Shown one piece after another: positions 8,539-18,437 of a DNA stretch of 64,000 bases. Origin of the DNA: Candidatus Latescibacterota bacterium (GTDB lineage: Bacteria; Latescibacterota; UBA2968; UBA8231); NCBI GenBank assembly GCA_965217095.1, contig OZ244235.1, positions 3,336,175 to 3,400,174 of the forward strand, written 5' to 3'. Within the stretch, counting starts at the first letter, position 1. The number at the start of each line of letters is the position of its first letter. A program made the position numbers and the translations under genes. A model generated the notes under the pieces. The model was not told the DNA's origin. It saw only the letters and a list, made by a program, of their open reading frames with translations, and did not search any database.

Positions 8539-9837
8539 ATGACCGATCAGAGCTGGTTCTCCCGCGACCGCTTCGGACTCTTCATCCACTGGGGTCTCTA
8601 CGCCCTGCCGGCTCGCCATGAGTGGGTGAAACAGCGGGAGGAGATTCCCGACGAACAGTATGACCCGTACTTCAAGTTCTTCGATCCGGATCTCTACGAC
8701 CCCCGGCTTTGGGCCAAGGCGGCCGCCGGCGCCGGCATGAAGTACTTCGTGGTCACTACCAAACACCACGAGGGGTTTTGTCTGTGGGACTCTCAGCTAA
8801 CCGACTACAAAGCTACCAACACCCCCGCCGCACGCGATCTCATCGGGCCGATGATCGACGCCTTTCGCGACGCTCAGCTGCGGGTGGGATTCTACCACTC
8901 GCTCATCGACTGGCACCATTCGGACTTCGTCATCGATGACATGCACTCCATGCGCAATCATCCGGATCGAGAGAAGCTCAACAAAAGCCGGCAGCAGCAT
9001 CGTTACATCGAATATCTGCACGGGCAGGCGCGGGAGCTCTTGAGTCAGTTCGGTACGATCGACGTGATGTTCTACGACTTCAGCTATCCGGCGAGCGACC
9101 AGCGTTGGGGGACGGAAGGCTGGCAGGGGAAAGGGAGGGAGGAGTGGGAGAGCGAGGAGCTGATCCGACTGACGCGGGAGCTGCAGCCGAATATCGTCGT
9201 CAACGACAGGCTCGACCTCAACGATGTGGAAGGTGGTTGGGACTACCGGACCCCCGAGCAGTTCATGCCGCGGGAGTGGGTGACGATCGATGGCAAGCAG
9301 GTGCCGTGGGAAACCTGCCAGACCTTTTCCGGCTCCTGGGGGTACCACCGGGATGAATCGAGCTGGAAGAGTGTGGAGCAACTGGTGCGCATGCTGGTGG
9401 AGGTGGTGAGCAAAGGCGGGAACCTGCTGTTGAATGTCGGACCCACGGGACGAGGCGAGTTCGACGCGCGTGCCCTCGAGCGGCTGTCCGGCATGGGCGA
9501 GTGGATGTTACGCCACGGTCGTTCCATTTATGGATGCACCCAGGCGCCGGCGGAATTTGTCGGCTCACCCCAATGCTGCCTTACCTACGATCCGGAGCGC
9601 CGGCGGATCTATGCCCATGTCTTCAACTGGCCGTTCGAACGGCTACACTTGGATGGTTTCGCCGGCAAGGTAGAATACGCGCAGCTGTTGAACGACGCTT
9701 CGGAGATTCAAATGACTGCAGATCCCGGGCACTACCGCGCCGGCACGGTGGGGGATCGCCAGACCCTGACGTTGAAGATTCCGGTGCGGCAACCCGATAT
9801 CACGGTACCGGTGATCGAGCTCTTCCTCAAGTCCTAA
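8539..9837 (+). CDS. Alpha-L-fucosidase, glycoside hydrolase family 29
   Basis: 432 aa: GLFIHWGLYALPA...YFVVTTKHHEGFCLWDS is the GH29 signature. Confidence 0.8.
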   Translation: MTDQSWFSRDRFGLFIHWGLYALPARHEWVKQREEIPDEQYDPYFKFFDPDLYDPRLWAKAAAGAGMKYFVVTTKHHEGFCLWDSQLTDYKATNTPAARDLIGPMIDAFRDAQLRVGFYHSLIDWHHSDFVIDDMHSMRNHPDREKLNKSRQQHRYIEYLHGQARELLSQFGTIDVMFYDFSYPASDQRWGTEGWQGKGREEWESEELIRLTRELQPNIVVNDRLDLNDVEGGWDYRTPEQFMPREWVTIDGKQVPWETCQTFSGSWGYHRDESSWKSVEQLVRMLVEVVSKGGNLLLNVGPTGRGEFDARALERLSGMGEWMLRHGRSIYGCTQAPAEFVGSPQCCLTYDPERRRIYAHVFNWPFERLHLDGFAGKVEYAQLLNDASEIQMTADPGHYRAGTVGDRQTLTLKIPVRQPDITVPVIELFLKS

Positions 9838-9864
9838 CCTTTTCATAGCTGCGAAAGGCCTCCC

Positions 9865-11658
9865 GTGAAGACAGTCAGCGTTTCAACATCCGACTCCCGC
9901 CCCGTTCCCGAGTGGGCTGTGAGCCAGCGCCACCTTATCGACGTCATGAACACGGCGGCTCCCAACTTTCAGGAGCGTTACACCCGCGAGGACGGCACCC
10001 TGATCTGGCGTGACGAATTCGGGGGTATGGACGGTTCGGACGACGGTTACGAGAGTTTCTACAACTGGCCTTTGTTCTACGCCCTCGGCGGCCGCGCCGA
10101 CATGGAGGAGCGCAGTCGTTTCCTGTGGGATGCCGTCACCCGGCAGTTTACCGCCTACGGACTGGTGCATCGGGAGTTCGACGGGTATTACGATTGGATG
10201 CACCACGGGGAGTCGTATCTCTACTTCTACTTCTTTGGCTTGGCCGACGCCAACCGCCAGTTAGAGCGGGCGCGCAACTTCGCAAATATGTACACCGGGG
10301 CCGATCCGGACGCACCCAACTGGGATGCGGAAAAACGGATGATCCGCTCGCCCATCAACGGCAGCCGCGGTCCGCACTTCAAATACACCTGGGATGACTG
10401 GTCCACCTGTCGCTGGGATCTGGCCCAATACCAGGTGCCGTTCGATGATCTCGACGTTCCGACGGAGATGCGCGAGTTTCGCGGCGAAATCGTTCCCATC
10501 GCCGACTGGAAGGAGGACCGGGTCTACGAGGTGATCCTTGAAGCGCTGAACGAACGCCAGATGCACGGCGACGTGCCACTCAACCTGGCGGGCACGAGCC
10601 TGGTGACCAACGCCTACATCTACACCGGCGAGGAGGGTTACCGGAAGTGGGTGTTGGATTACCTGGAAGCCTGGGCCGAACGCATCGAAGCCAACGACGG
10701 CCTCTGTCCCGACAATGTGGGTCACAGCGGCGCGATCGGAGAAACGCTGGATGGAAAATGGTATGGGGGGTATTACGGTTGGAGCTGGCCCCACGGATTC
10801 ATGAACATCATCGAATCTCTGAATATCGCTGCGATGAACGCGGTGCTGATGACCGGCGACATGAGCTACCTGGAGATTCCCCGAGGCCAGTTGCGGAGGA
10901 TGTTAGACCTCGGCCGCGTCGAAGACGGGCGTTTGCTGATGCCGCATCGGCACAGCGACCGGGGTTGGACCGGTTACAGTCCGGTGAAGCCGCGGTTTCT
11001 GGTGCCCCTCTGGTATGTCTCCCAGGACGAGCAAGACCTGACGCTGATCGAGGGACTTCCAGATTGCAGCACTCACTGGCCGATTCTCGACGGGGACGGC
11101 GACGCTTTCCACAACGGCCCGTGGTACAGCTATCTCCGCGGCAGGAACTCGGAGTACCCGGGGCAGCTGTTGCAGGCGCAGCTGGATGAGGTGAATGAGC
11201 GAATCGAGCTGCCCGACGAAGGAGAGCCGAGCACCTGGAACGTGCACCACTGGCAGCGGCGCAATCCGGTGTGCACGACGGCGCTGGTGCAGATGACCAC
11301 CGGAGGACCGGACCCGATCTACCACGGCGGTCTGTTACATACTCGTTTGCGCTATTACGATCCTCAAGCGGGACGGCCCGGCTTGCCGGAACAAACGGCG
11401 GCGCTGGTCAGTGCGATCGAAGCGGACAAGGTAACCGTGGAGCTGGTGAATCTGGATGCAGGGGAACCGCGGCGGATTCAGCTACAGGCCGGGGCGTTTG
11501 CCGAGCACGAGTTCACCGAGGTAAGAGAAGCGGGCACCGACCAGGTGCATCAGATCGATGGATCTCACGTCGAGATCGAACTGGCGGCCGGAGGTCAGGG
11601 CAGGTTCGAGATCGGAATGCGCCGCTACTGCAACCGGCCTACCTACGCGCAGCCGTAA
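9865..11658 (+). CDS. Large cytoplasmic hypothetical protein (597 aa), possibly a glycoside-hydrolase-like (alpha/alpha)-barrel protein given its position right after GH29
   Basis: Long intact ORF with protein-like composition and no signal peptide. I recognise no named domain with confidence. Confidence 0.45.
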   Translation: MKTVSVSTSDSRPVPEWAVSQRHLIDVMNTAAPNFQERYTREDGTLIWRDEFGGMDGSDDGYESFYNWPLFYALGGRADMEERSRFLWDAVTRQFTAYGLVHREFDGYYDWMHHGESYLYFYFFGLADANRQLERARNFANMYTGADPDAPNWDAEKRMIRSPINGSRGPHFKYTWDDWSTCRWDLAQYQVPFDDLDVPTEMREFRGEIVPIADWKEDRVYEVILEALNERQMHGDVPLNLAGTSLVTNAYIYTGEEGYRKWVLDYLEAWAERIEANDGLCPDNVGHSGAIGETLDGKWYGGYYGWSWPHGFMNIIESLNIAAMNAVLMTGDMSYLEIPRGQLRRMLDLGRVEDGRLLMPHRHSDRGWTGYSPVKPRFLVPLWYVSQDEQDLTLIEGLPDCSTHWPILDGDGDAFHNGPWYSYLRGRNSEYPGQLLQAQLDEVNERIELPDEGEPSTWNVHHWQRRNPVCTTALVQMTTGGPDPIYHGGLLHTRLRYYDPQAGRPGLPEQTAALVSAIEADKVTVELVNLDAGEPRRIQLQAGAFAEHEFTEVREAGTDQVHQIDGSHVEIELAAGGQGRFEIGMRRYCNRPTYAQP

Positions 11659-11726
11659 GACACCTTCTCTGCAAACCCCGCGGGAGCCGGCCGCTTGGCG
11701 CAGTTCCGGCGGACGAAAAATGAATA

Positions 11727-13818
11727 TCACGCCGGCCCCACATCGCGCAGATCAACCCCCTGAATTTCCAGCGCCTCCAGCAGACTGTTCGGTTCGACGC
11801 GGAAATCCAGACCGTCGGCGTCCTTGAAGCGAACCTCCGTCACGGCTCCGTTCGCTTCGAATCCCTGATCCCGCATCTCTTTCAACGCGTCGTGCGCCCA
11901 GCTTTCGTTCGCGGCGGCCCAGTAGACGTTCTTGTCCACCTCCCTGAGACCCTGCGCTTTTTCCAGTTTCACGAACGACAGGTTCTCGCCTGCCGAGTTC
12001 AGGAACACGTTCCGGTGGATCGACGAGTGGTCGCAGGGGTCCCCGCCGCACGACCAGGCACCCGATCAGCGGCGCCTGAAAGTCGATGAACAGGTTGTCT
12101 TCCACCGTATTGTCATGTTTCAGCACAAACCCCGCGTAGGTGCAGTGCCGCACGACGTTGTGATGCCAGCGGCTGCCCCGGGTCCAATCGTCGGTACGCA
12201 ACGCGCCGTGATGATCGCGGAACACCACGTGGTGGACGTAGTTGAAACAGACCTCGTTGCCGATGCCGCACCCCGAAACGTAGATGGCGTTGCCGTCCTC
12301 CATCGACTCGCAGGTGTGGTGCAGCTCGTTGTGCGAAACGCGATTGTGGCGGGCATGCAGGAAAGGGAAAACGTCTTCCCAGGGTACCTCCTGGGGATTG
12401 TCGCCGAAACTCCCCGTCTCATCATGTCTGATGGTGCGGCCGTTTTCGCGATAGTCGGGCATAGCGAAATATGGCGGGCGCACACCAATGACTGCGAGGC
12501 CGGTGTAGGGGATATGGTGAATGAGATTGTGGGCGATCTCGTTCTCGCCGCTCGGCCACACCACGATACCCAGGCTGTGCCAGAGGATCTCGGCGCAGTG
12601 GTGAACGGTGTTGTTGATGACCCGGTTCTGTTTGTTGACGTCGAGGGTGCCCGGACCGTAACCGCACAGCAGTATCCCGGTGCCGCCCAGATGTTCCAAG
12701 GTGTTGCCGTCGATGCGGTTGTGTTTGGCGTGGCGATCGAGACGGATGCCGCCCGCGGATGAGGCGGTGAAGCGGCAGCCTTCCACTACGATGCGCTCGG
12801 CACCACGCAGGCGCACCAGGGCGTTGTCCTTGTCCCACATGTCCCAATCGTGCTGCACGCCGGCGTCGGTCGATGTCAGGGTTTCGCGGGCGCCGTGCAG
12901 GAAGGTGATGCCTTCGAGATTCAGATACTGGGGGAAGCGTTGGTTCGCTTCATCACCTTCGATGCGGATGAGCTCGGTCAACGCGGGGTAGGAGATGTCG
13001 TCCCCCGGCTCGCCGTCGGTTGGCCACAGGTAGATGCGCCTGGCGACACTGTCGTAGACCCACTCACCCGGCTGGTCCAGAACCTCCAGGTAGTTCTCCA
13101 ACCAGCAGGGCCGGTTCTCCGTGCCTTCCAGGTGGGTGATTTCGCAGGTCATGGGGTAGGTGGCGGGCACCGTGGTAGCGGCGCGCCCGGACGACCGATC
13201 GACTTCGGTGAAGGTGAGGAAGTTGCAGATCCATCCGTACCGAGGGCGCACGAACAACTCCACGTCTGCCAGGTTGTTCCAGGTTCCGATCATCTCCGGA
13301 GGCAGATAGACAACATCCGGTCGAACGTCTGGCAGGTTGGGATAGCGATTCAATTCAGGCGGGCTTTGGTCCGGTTCCTGGGTCGGATTGAAGTTGCGGG
13401 AGCGTGCCCGCGGCAGCCGCTGGAGATTCTTGTAAAGAGTTGTAACGCGAGGTGCGGACTCGGGAAGATCGGCAACCCACAGCTTCCCCGCCGCCGGTGC
13501 CGCGAGATTGGGCGGGTCTTCTTTCAGCTGTTGCCATCCCGGAAGCGGGACTCCGGAACCGACAACGACATTCTCCCCATCACCGTGCCAAACGACGGGA
13601 TGCATATCCGTGCCACTGTCGTCAGGACCGAGCACCAGGGTCTCCGTCAGCCGGTGGTAACCCTCGTGCAGCACGACCTTTACGGCCACGCCGTCTTTGG
13701 GCATCGAGCGCGCTAGATCACGGGCGGCGGCCAGTGAAGCAAGAGGACTTGCGTTCTCACCCTCGCAACCATCGGTTCCTGTCGGCGATACGTGGATTTC
13801 AACTGTGGCGTTGTTCAT
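11727..13818 (-). CDS. Right-handed parallel beta-helix (pectate-lyase-like) repeat protein; apparent frameshift near 12040-12066
   Basis: The 688-aa ORF has beta-helix repeats (IRLDRHAKHNRIDGNTLEHLGGTGILLCGY...NRVINNTVHHCAEILWHSLGIVVWPSGENEIAHNLIHH). Its last ~120 aa are low-complexity junk. The genuine C-terminus (..CGGDPCDHSSIHRNVFLNSAGENLSFVKLEKAQGLREVDKNVYWAAAN...) lies in the +1 frame and ends at 11727. Total length 2092 nt is not divisible by 3. Confidence 0.55.
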
Positions 13819-14199
13819 GAGTGCCTCTGATTTTGAGAGTGTCGAGGAGTTTGACTAGCGCGCCCAGTCCGAATGACCTTCGCATCAGCTCGCCACCGGA
13901 TCGCCCCTCGCTCATTCTCGCCCGCCTTCCCGGCGGGCTCCGAGGCATTACTCCCTACGCCACAATCCTGCGGCTTCGAGAGTAATAAATCCGCTCCAGG
14001 CAACCCGGCGCCGGCCCGGTGCGATCTTGCGATACTACGAACCGTCAAACCTACCAAGCCATATTCTGTTAGGATTTTGACCTTGGGAAGTTCAGGCAAG
14101 CGCGTTGATGGTTTGTGAATACGAGCGGATAGAGAGCCAGGACGTCCAAGCGGATACATTCAAATAAAAAGACTCAATCGCCGTCCGGCACTGTCCGCC

Positions 14200-14430
14200 C
14201 TACGCCATGGTCTCCAGCATCTCCAACGTCACCTGGGATCGCAGCGGTTCACCGGATTCCCAGCGCTCGAACTCGGCAATTACGTAGTCTGCCTGGCGTT
14301 TGATTTGACCCGGCGATATGGGGGCTCAGGTAGATGTTGGGCAACGAGAAGAGCGGCGAGTCCTCCAGGGGTGGCATGGGGTAGGTTGAGACGATCCGGA
14401 TCCTCGTTGAAGAAGGCCCCGGTTTTCACA
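14200..14430 (-). pseudogene. Remnant of a D-isomer-specific 2-hydroxyacid dehydrogenase (C-terminal ~70 aa only, with an internal frameshift)
   Basis: Minus-strand translation gives ...VKTGAFFNEDPDRLNLPHATPGGLAALLVAQ.. / ..PLFSLPNIYLSPHIAGSNQTPG / ..DYVIAEFERWESGEPLRSQVTLEMLETMA* spread over two frames. L-x-x-LPN(I/V)-x-L(S/T)PHIAG is the hallmark C-terminal motif of the 2-Hacid_dh family. No N-terminal portion is present. Confidence 0.4.
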
Positions 14431-14435
14431 ATGTG

Positions 14436-15404
14436 TCACGCACAGGCGGGATTAGATTCGGTCCAGCGGTTGTAGGTGGGGTCGTCCTGCAGAGCCAGGC
14501 GGTCGCGGGCATCACGCCACATGGCGTGCCAAGCATCCGGATCGCGCAACTCCGTTTCCGGATTGGAACGGCTGCGCGCCACGAACCCGGGAAACTCGCT
14601 GCGTCCGGTTGGTTGTCCCGTAGGACTGTAGCGCAGATCGAAACTCCAGCGGATCTGGTCGCTGGTATTGGCGAGGGAACCGTGGCAGGTCCAGCGACTC
14701 ATGAAGAGCACGTCACCCGCTTCCATCGGAACGGGGATGGTTTTCTCTGCGGCAAAGAGTCGGGTCGGAATCTCGTAACCGCCAGTGGCGACAGGGCAAT
14801 GTTGTTGCAGATGATCCCGATGGCTTCCCGGTACCAGTTTGATACAGCCATGCTCTTCTCTGGATGGGGTAAGCGGCAACCAGACGGTCAACATCTCGGT
14901 GTCGTCCGCTTCGGGTAGTACGACCCCCCCATCCTGATGCCATCGAGTCGCTTTGATCAGATCGTTCGGCTGCATCTCCGCCACCAGATGTTCGGGAGGT
15001 TTGATGCGCACGTGCTGCACCGGGTTGGAGTAGATCTCGGGTCCAATGAAGCTTTCGGCGGCGTCCAACAGCTTCTCGTTGCGCAAGAGCCAGAAGACCG
15101 CCGGGCCGGCCCAGAACGGGGTATTCGGTTCAATCATCTTCTGTGGCAAGCTTATGTCCAGGTGCTGCGCCGTCTGACGACCCGTTTCCACGTAGATTCG
15201 CGAGAGGCGCTCGCCAAACGGCAGCTCGGCGTAGGTAGAACTGATCTCGCCTCGCGCGAAGAAATCAGCGGCCAGCTCGTCAAGCAGTTCGCTGTACTCC
15301 TCCTCGACCGGTTGCAGATCCTCGTCGAAATCCAGCAGACCCTCGACGACGAGATACCCGTCTCGCTCGAACTCTTCCACCTGCTCATGGCTCAAACTTG
15401 CCAC
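14436..15404 (-). CDS. PhyH family Fe(II)/2OG dioxygenase, paralog 2
   Basis: 322 aa: MASLSHEQVEEFERDGYLVVEGLLD...TRWHQDGGV (HxD)...VLFMSRWTCHGS. Confidence 0.65.
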   Translation of the reverse strand: MASLSHEQVEEFERDGYLVVEGLLDFDEDLQPVEEEYSELLDELAADFFARGEISSTYAELPFGERLSRIYVETGRQTAQHLDISLPQKMIEPNTPFWAGPAVFWLLRNEKLLDAAESFIGPEIYSNPVQHVRIKPPEHLVAEMQPNDLIKATRWHQDGGVVLPEADDTEMLTVWLPLTPSREEHGCIKLVPGSHRDHLQQHCPVATGGYEIPTRLFAAEKTIPVPMEAGDVLFMSRWTCHGSLANTSDQIRWSFDLRYSPTGQPTGRSEFPGFVARSRSNPETELRDPDAWHAMWRDARDRLALQDDPTYNRWTESNPACA

Positions 15405-15572
15405 CGAATTCCTCCTTGGATCTCGATTTCGTGCCTAAGCAATATCGGGCAAGACGCCCTGGCCTGCAATGCGCCAGCCGCCCGTCCTGTCACAGCCCGG
15501 GATAGGTCCGTAGGGCGCCTGCCTACGCCGACTTCGCTCACGCTTGGTCCACACAGCGCGTCTGAGTAGTCT

Positions 15573-16574
15573 CTAACTACCCACGCGGTAAATGTGCTCG
15601 ACAAGCTCCATGCTCTTGACCGCATCGGCAAAGTGAGTCAGTGGTTGCCGCCCTTCCTTAACGCAGTCGATGAAATGCCGATCTTCGTGCCAGAATCCCA
15701 TCCAATTCACGGAAGTGTCGTCACCAGACACTCCTTCCTTCGTCCCAAATTCCTTCGAGTCGTACACCTCGTGGGTTCCATCACCTGTTTTAATGTAGGA
15801 TTGGGTGGCAGCATCCACATAGGCGGAGACGTCCTTACCGTCGACCTCTGCCCGAAAAACGCCCACGCAGCTCACATAGCTGAAGTTCAGGATGCCGACC
15901 GCCCCTGTGCTGAACGACACCAGGGCGGTAAACTCGTTGGGAAAAGGCCCAGGCATGTAGCGCGTGCGGACCTGGGCAGCGACGTCCTCGACCTCGCCCC
16001 CACACAGGAAGCGCAGGTTGTCGACGGCGTGGATCCCGTCCACCGTCAGGGGATCAATCACTCCCCCGTAGACCCCGGAGGGTTTGCCATGCGGTCGGTT
16101 AGGGCCGCCCTTGAGGAAGCTGACCGATGCCCGATGGATCGGCCCCCGCTCTTCGACCCTCTGCTTGAGTGCCGTCAAAGCCGGAATATGGCGGCGTTGA
16201 AATCCCACCGCTGTGAGGCAGGCATGCTCCTTGGCCCAATAGGCGAGCATGTGGGCTTGCTTAGCGTTCATCCCCAGCGGTTTTTCGACAAATAGGTGCC
16301 GGCCCTGCTGCAGCACGGTAGCGGCCGGCGCAAAGAGATTCTGCGGTGGCATGATGACATACACAACCTGCGGATCGACCTCGGCCAGCATTTCCTCGTA
16401 ATCGGTAAAGACCTGCGGGATACTGAATCGCTCGGCGGTTTCCTTGGCTTTGTCGACCACCAGGTCGCACGTGGCCACCAGCTCCACATCGGGCAAGCTG
16501 GCCAGGCAAGGATAGTGAATGCTATTGGCCAGATCGCCCGCCCCGACAAATCCCACTCGAACTTTGTCTCCCAT
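15573..16574 (-). CDS. Gfo/Idh/MocA family NAD(P)-dependent oxidoreductase
   Basis: 333 aa: VRVGFVGAGDLANSIHYPCLASLPDVELVATCD...EKPLGMN is the typical family N-terminus. Confidence 0.75.
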   Translation of the reverse strand: MGDKVRVGFVGAGDLANSIHYPCLASLPDVELVATCDLVVDKAKETAERFSIPQVFTDYEEMLAEVDPQVVYVIMPPQNLFAPAATVLQQGRHLFVEKPLGMNAKQAHMLAYWAKEHACLTAVGFQRRHIPALTALKQRVEERGPIHRASVSFLKGGPNRPHGKPSGVYGGVIDPLTVDGIHAVDNLRFLCGGEVEDVAAQVRTRYMPGPFPNEFTALVSFSTGAVGILNFSYVSCVGVFRAEVDGKDVSAYVDAATQSYIKTGDGTHEVYDSKEFGTKEGVSGDDTSVNWMGFWHEDRHFIDCVKEGRQPLTHFADAVKSMELVEHIYRVGS

Positions 16575-16688
16575 GATCTGCTTCTCTCTTCCGTTTTGTA
16601 GTTCGTTCGAAAACCCCCTTCGTCAAGCGGGCGGCAACGCAGGGCGCGCGGGGTTGTCGAGTTCAGACAGCCGCCCCCTGTTCCAGCA

Positions 16689-17474
16689 TCAACCTGCGGC
16701 GGTCGCCTCGAACTGGGGCTCAGGCTGGCCCACGGCGTTCTCGCCCTTCAACAGCAACGGCTCGGCGCTTCTCCACAACCCGCTACCGTCGGGCTTCAAT
16801 AGCGGCTCGGCCGAGTATTGCGCCAGATAACTCCGGCGCATGCGCGACGTGCTGTTGGAGCCGCTGGAGTGGAAGTTCACGCTACTGAAGACGACGATGC
16901 TACCCACCGGCACGATCGCCGCCACCCCCGGATCGTCTCCGAAGTAACCGATCAGATCGTTCGAACCCTCCTCCTTGATGTGTTTTACGAAGGAGCGGAT
17001 ACCGATGCGGGTGAACGGCATCACCCGCACCGTTCCGTTCTCTTCCGACATGTCGTCCAGCGCGCACCAGCAGCTGAGGTACGGTTTGTGATCCGGATAA
17101 GCGACGTAGCCCGAGTCCTGGTGCCAGCTGAATTTCATGCCGATGTCGGCGCCTTTGATCACGTACTGCTCGTTGAAGAGATACGCATTTTCTCCCAGCG
17201 TGGCACGACAGATCTCGGCCATCAGGTCGCTGAACAGAAAATCGTTCAGCTCCGGCACTGTCTCGTGCATTCGGGACCTGAAGTAGCGCTTGTTCCTGTG
17301 ATTGAGGCGGTTGCTGTCGGTGCCCAGCTCGTCCATCTCGGCGTCGGCCAGGTCGATCGCCATCTGGCATTTGCCCCGCAGCATCTCCAGGAAGTGGTCG
17401 GGGATCACCTTTTCGAGGAAGAAATAGCCATCCTCGACGTATTGCCGTTTCTGTTGCTCGCTTATTAAAGCCAT
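16689..17474 (-). CDS. PhyH family Fe(II)/2OG dioxygenase, paralog 3
   Basis: 261 aa: QYVEDGYFFLEKVIP...FSWHQDSGYV...VVFSSVNFHSSGSN. Confidence 0.65.
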   Translation of the reverse strand: MALISEQQKRQYVEDGYFFLEKVIPDHFLEMLRGKCQMAIDLADAEMDELGTDSNRLNHRNKRYFRSRMHETVPELNDFLFSDLMAEICRATLGENAYLFNEQYVIKGADIGMKFSWHQDSGYVAYPDHKPYLSCWCALDDMSEENGTVRVMPFTRIGIRSFVKHIKEEGSNDLIGYFGDDPGVAAIVPVGSIVVFSSVNFHSSGSNSTSRMRRSYLAQYSAEPLLKPDGSGLWRSAEPLLLKGENAVGQPEPQFEATAAG

Positions 17475-17573
17475 TTCGTCCTCATTCTACGTCATGTCTG
17501 CGAAGCCAGTACCTGGCGTGCCGCCCGGTGGGCTCGCGCACTGGGACATGGTTCCCATGCCGAACTCATGCCG

Positions 17574-18365
17574 TCAGCTTGCTGCTCCGAAGATCACCGG
17601 ATTGATCTCGGGGTCGTCGATGTACGTGAGCAAGCCTTCACCCGGTTCAATCTTGGGGTGGCTGTTGTTCGTCCGCAGGTGAATGGCAAGGCTGCGCCGC
17701 GCTTGGGATGATGTGTTGCGGTCGCTGCCGTGAAAGATCATCCAGTCATGCAGGCTCATGGCACCGGCGGGCATCAGAGCGGGTTGCTCCTCCCAGGACG
17801 AATCCGGGGGCCGTTGAATCGCCTCGTTGTCCAGTTTCTGGCTGAAGAAATCGCTGCCTTCTACCGCGCCCCAGCGGTGACTGCCGCGAACGAAGGTCAT
17901 CGGTCCCGAATCCTCGTTCACGTCGGATAGGGCAACCCAGGCGGTGAGCAGCTCGCTGCCCGCCTCCCACGTTTTGTTCCAATAGTAGTTGTCTTGATGC
18001 CAGCCAATCTTCGCCAGCGCGGTTGGATCATCTGCCGGGGCCGGCGGTTTGTAGAGGAATTGAACCCACCAGGTCTGCACCATGGAGGCGCCGGTGGCCG
18101 CCGCCGCCCAGCGACCGATCTCGGTGGAGCCGACTACCTCGCGGATGGCTTGATTAGCCAGCTGGGGCACCTCGATCTTGCACAGGATATTCGGATCGTC
18201 CCCCGGATTCCAGGGCGATTCACGCGGCGGTTGGCCGGTGTCGTACTCGCCGGCGCGAATCATGTCCATGCCAATGCTGGCGCGTCGCACCAGACTGGTA
18301 TCGAGGACCGGTTCATCGAAGATGAAATAGCCGTCGCGCTCGTACTGCTGGTTCCTTGGGGTCAC
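17574..18365 (-). CDS. PhyH family Fe(II)/2OG dioxygenase, paralog 4
   Basis: 263 aa: QQYERDGYFIFDEPVLD...IGWHQDNYYW...MIFHGSDRNTS. Confidence 0.65.
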   Translation of the reverse strand: MTPRNQQYERDGYFIFDEPVLDTSLVRRASIGMDMIRAGEYDTGQPPRESPWNPGDDPNILCKIEVPQLANQAIREVVGSTEIGRWAAAATGASMVQTWWVQFLYKPPAPADDPTALAKIGWHQDNYYWNKTWEAGSELLTAWVALSDVNEDSGPMTFVRGSHRWGAVEGSDFFSQKLDNEAIQRPPDSSWEEQPALMPAGAMSLHDWMIFHGSDRNTSSQARRSLAIHLRTNNSHPKIEPGEGLLTYIDDPEINPVIFGAAS

Positions 18366-18437
18366 CTCCTAGCTCGGGAAGGGCAGATTATAACGCAGCG
18401 CCAGGCTGCCTTCAAGCGTAGGAGAGATGCTGAGGGC

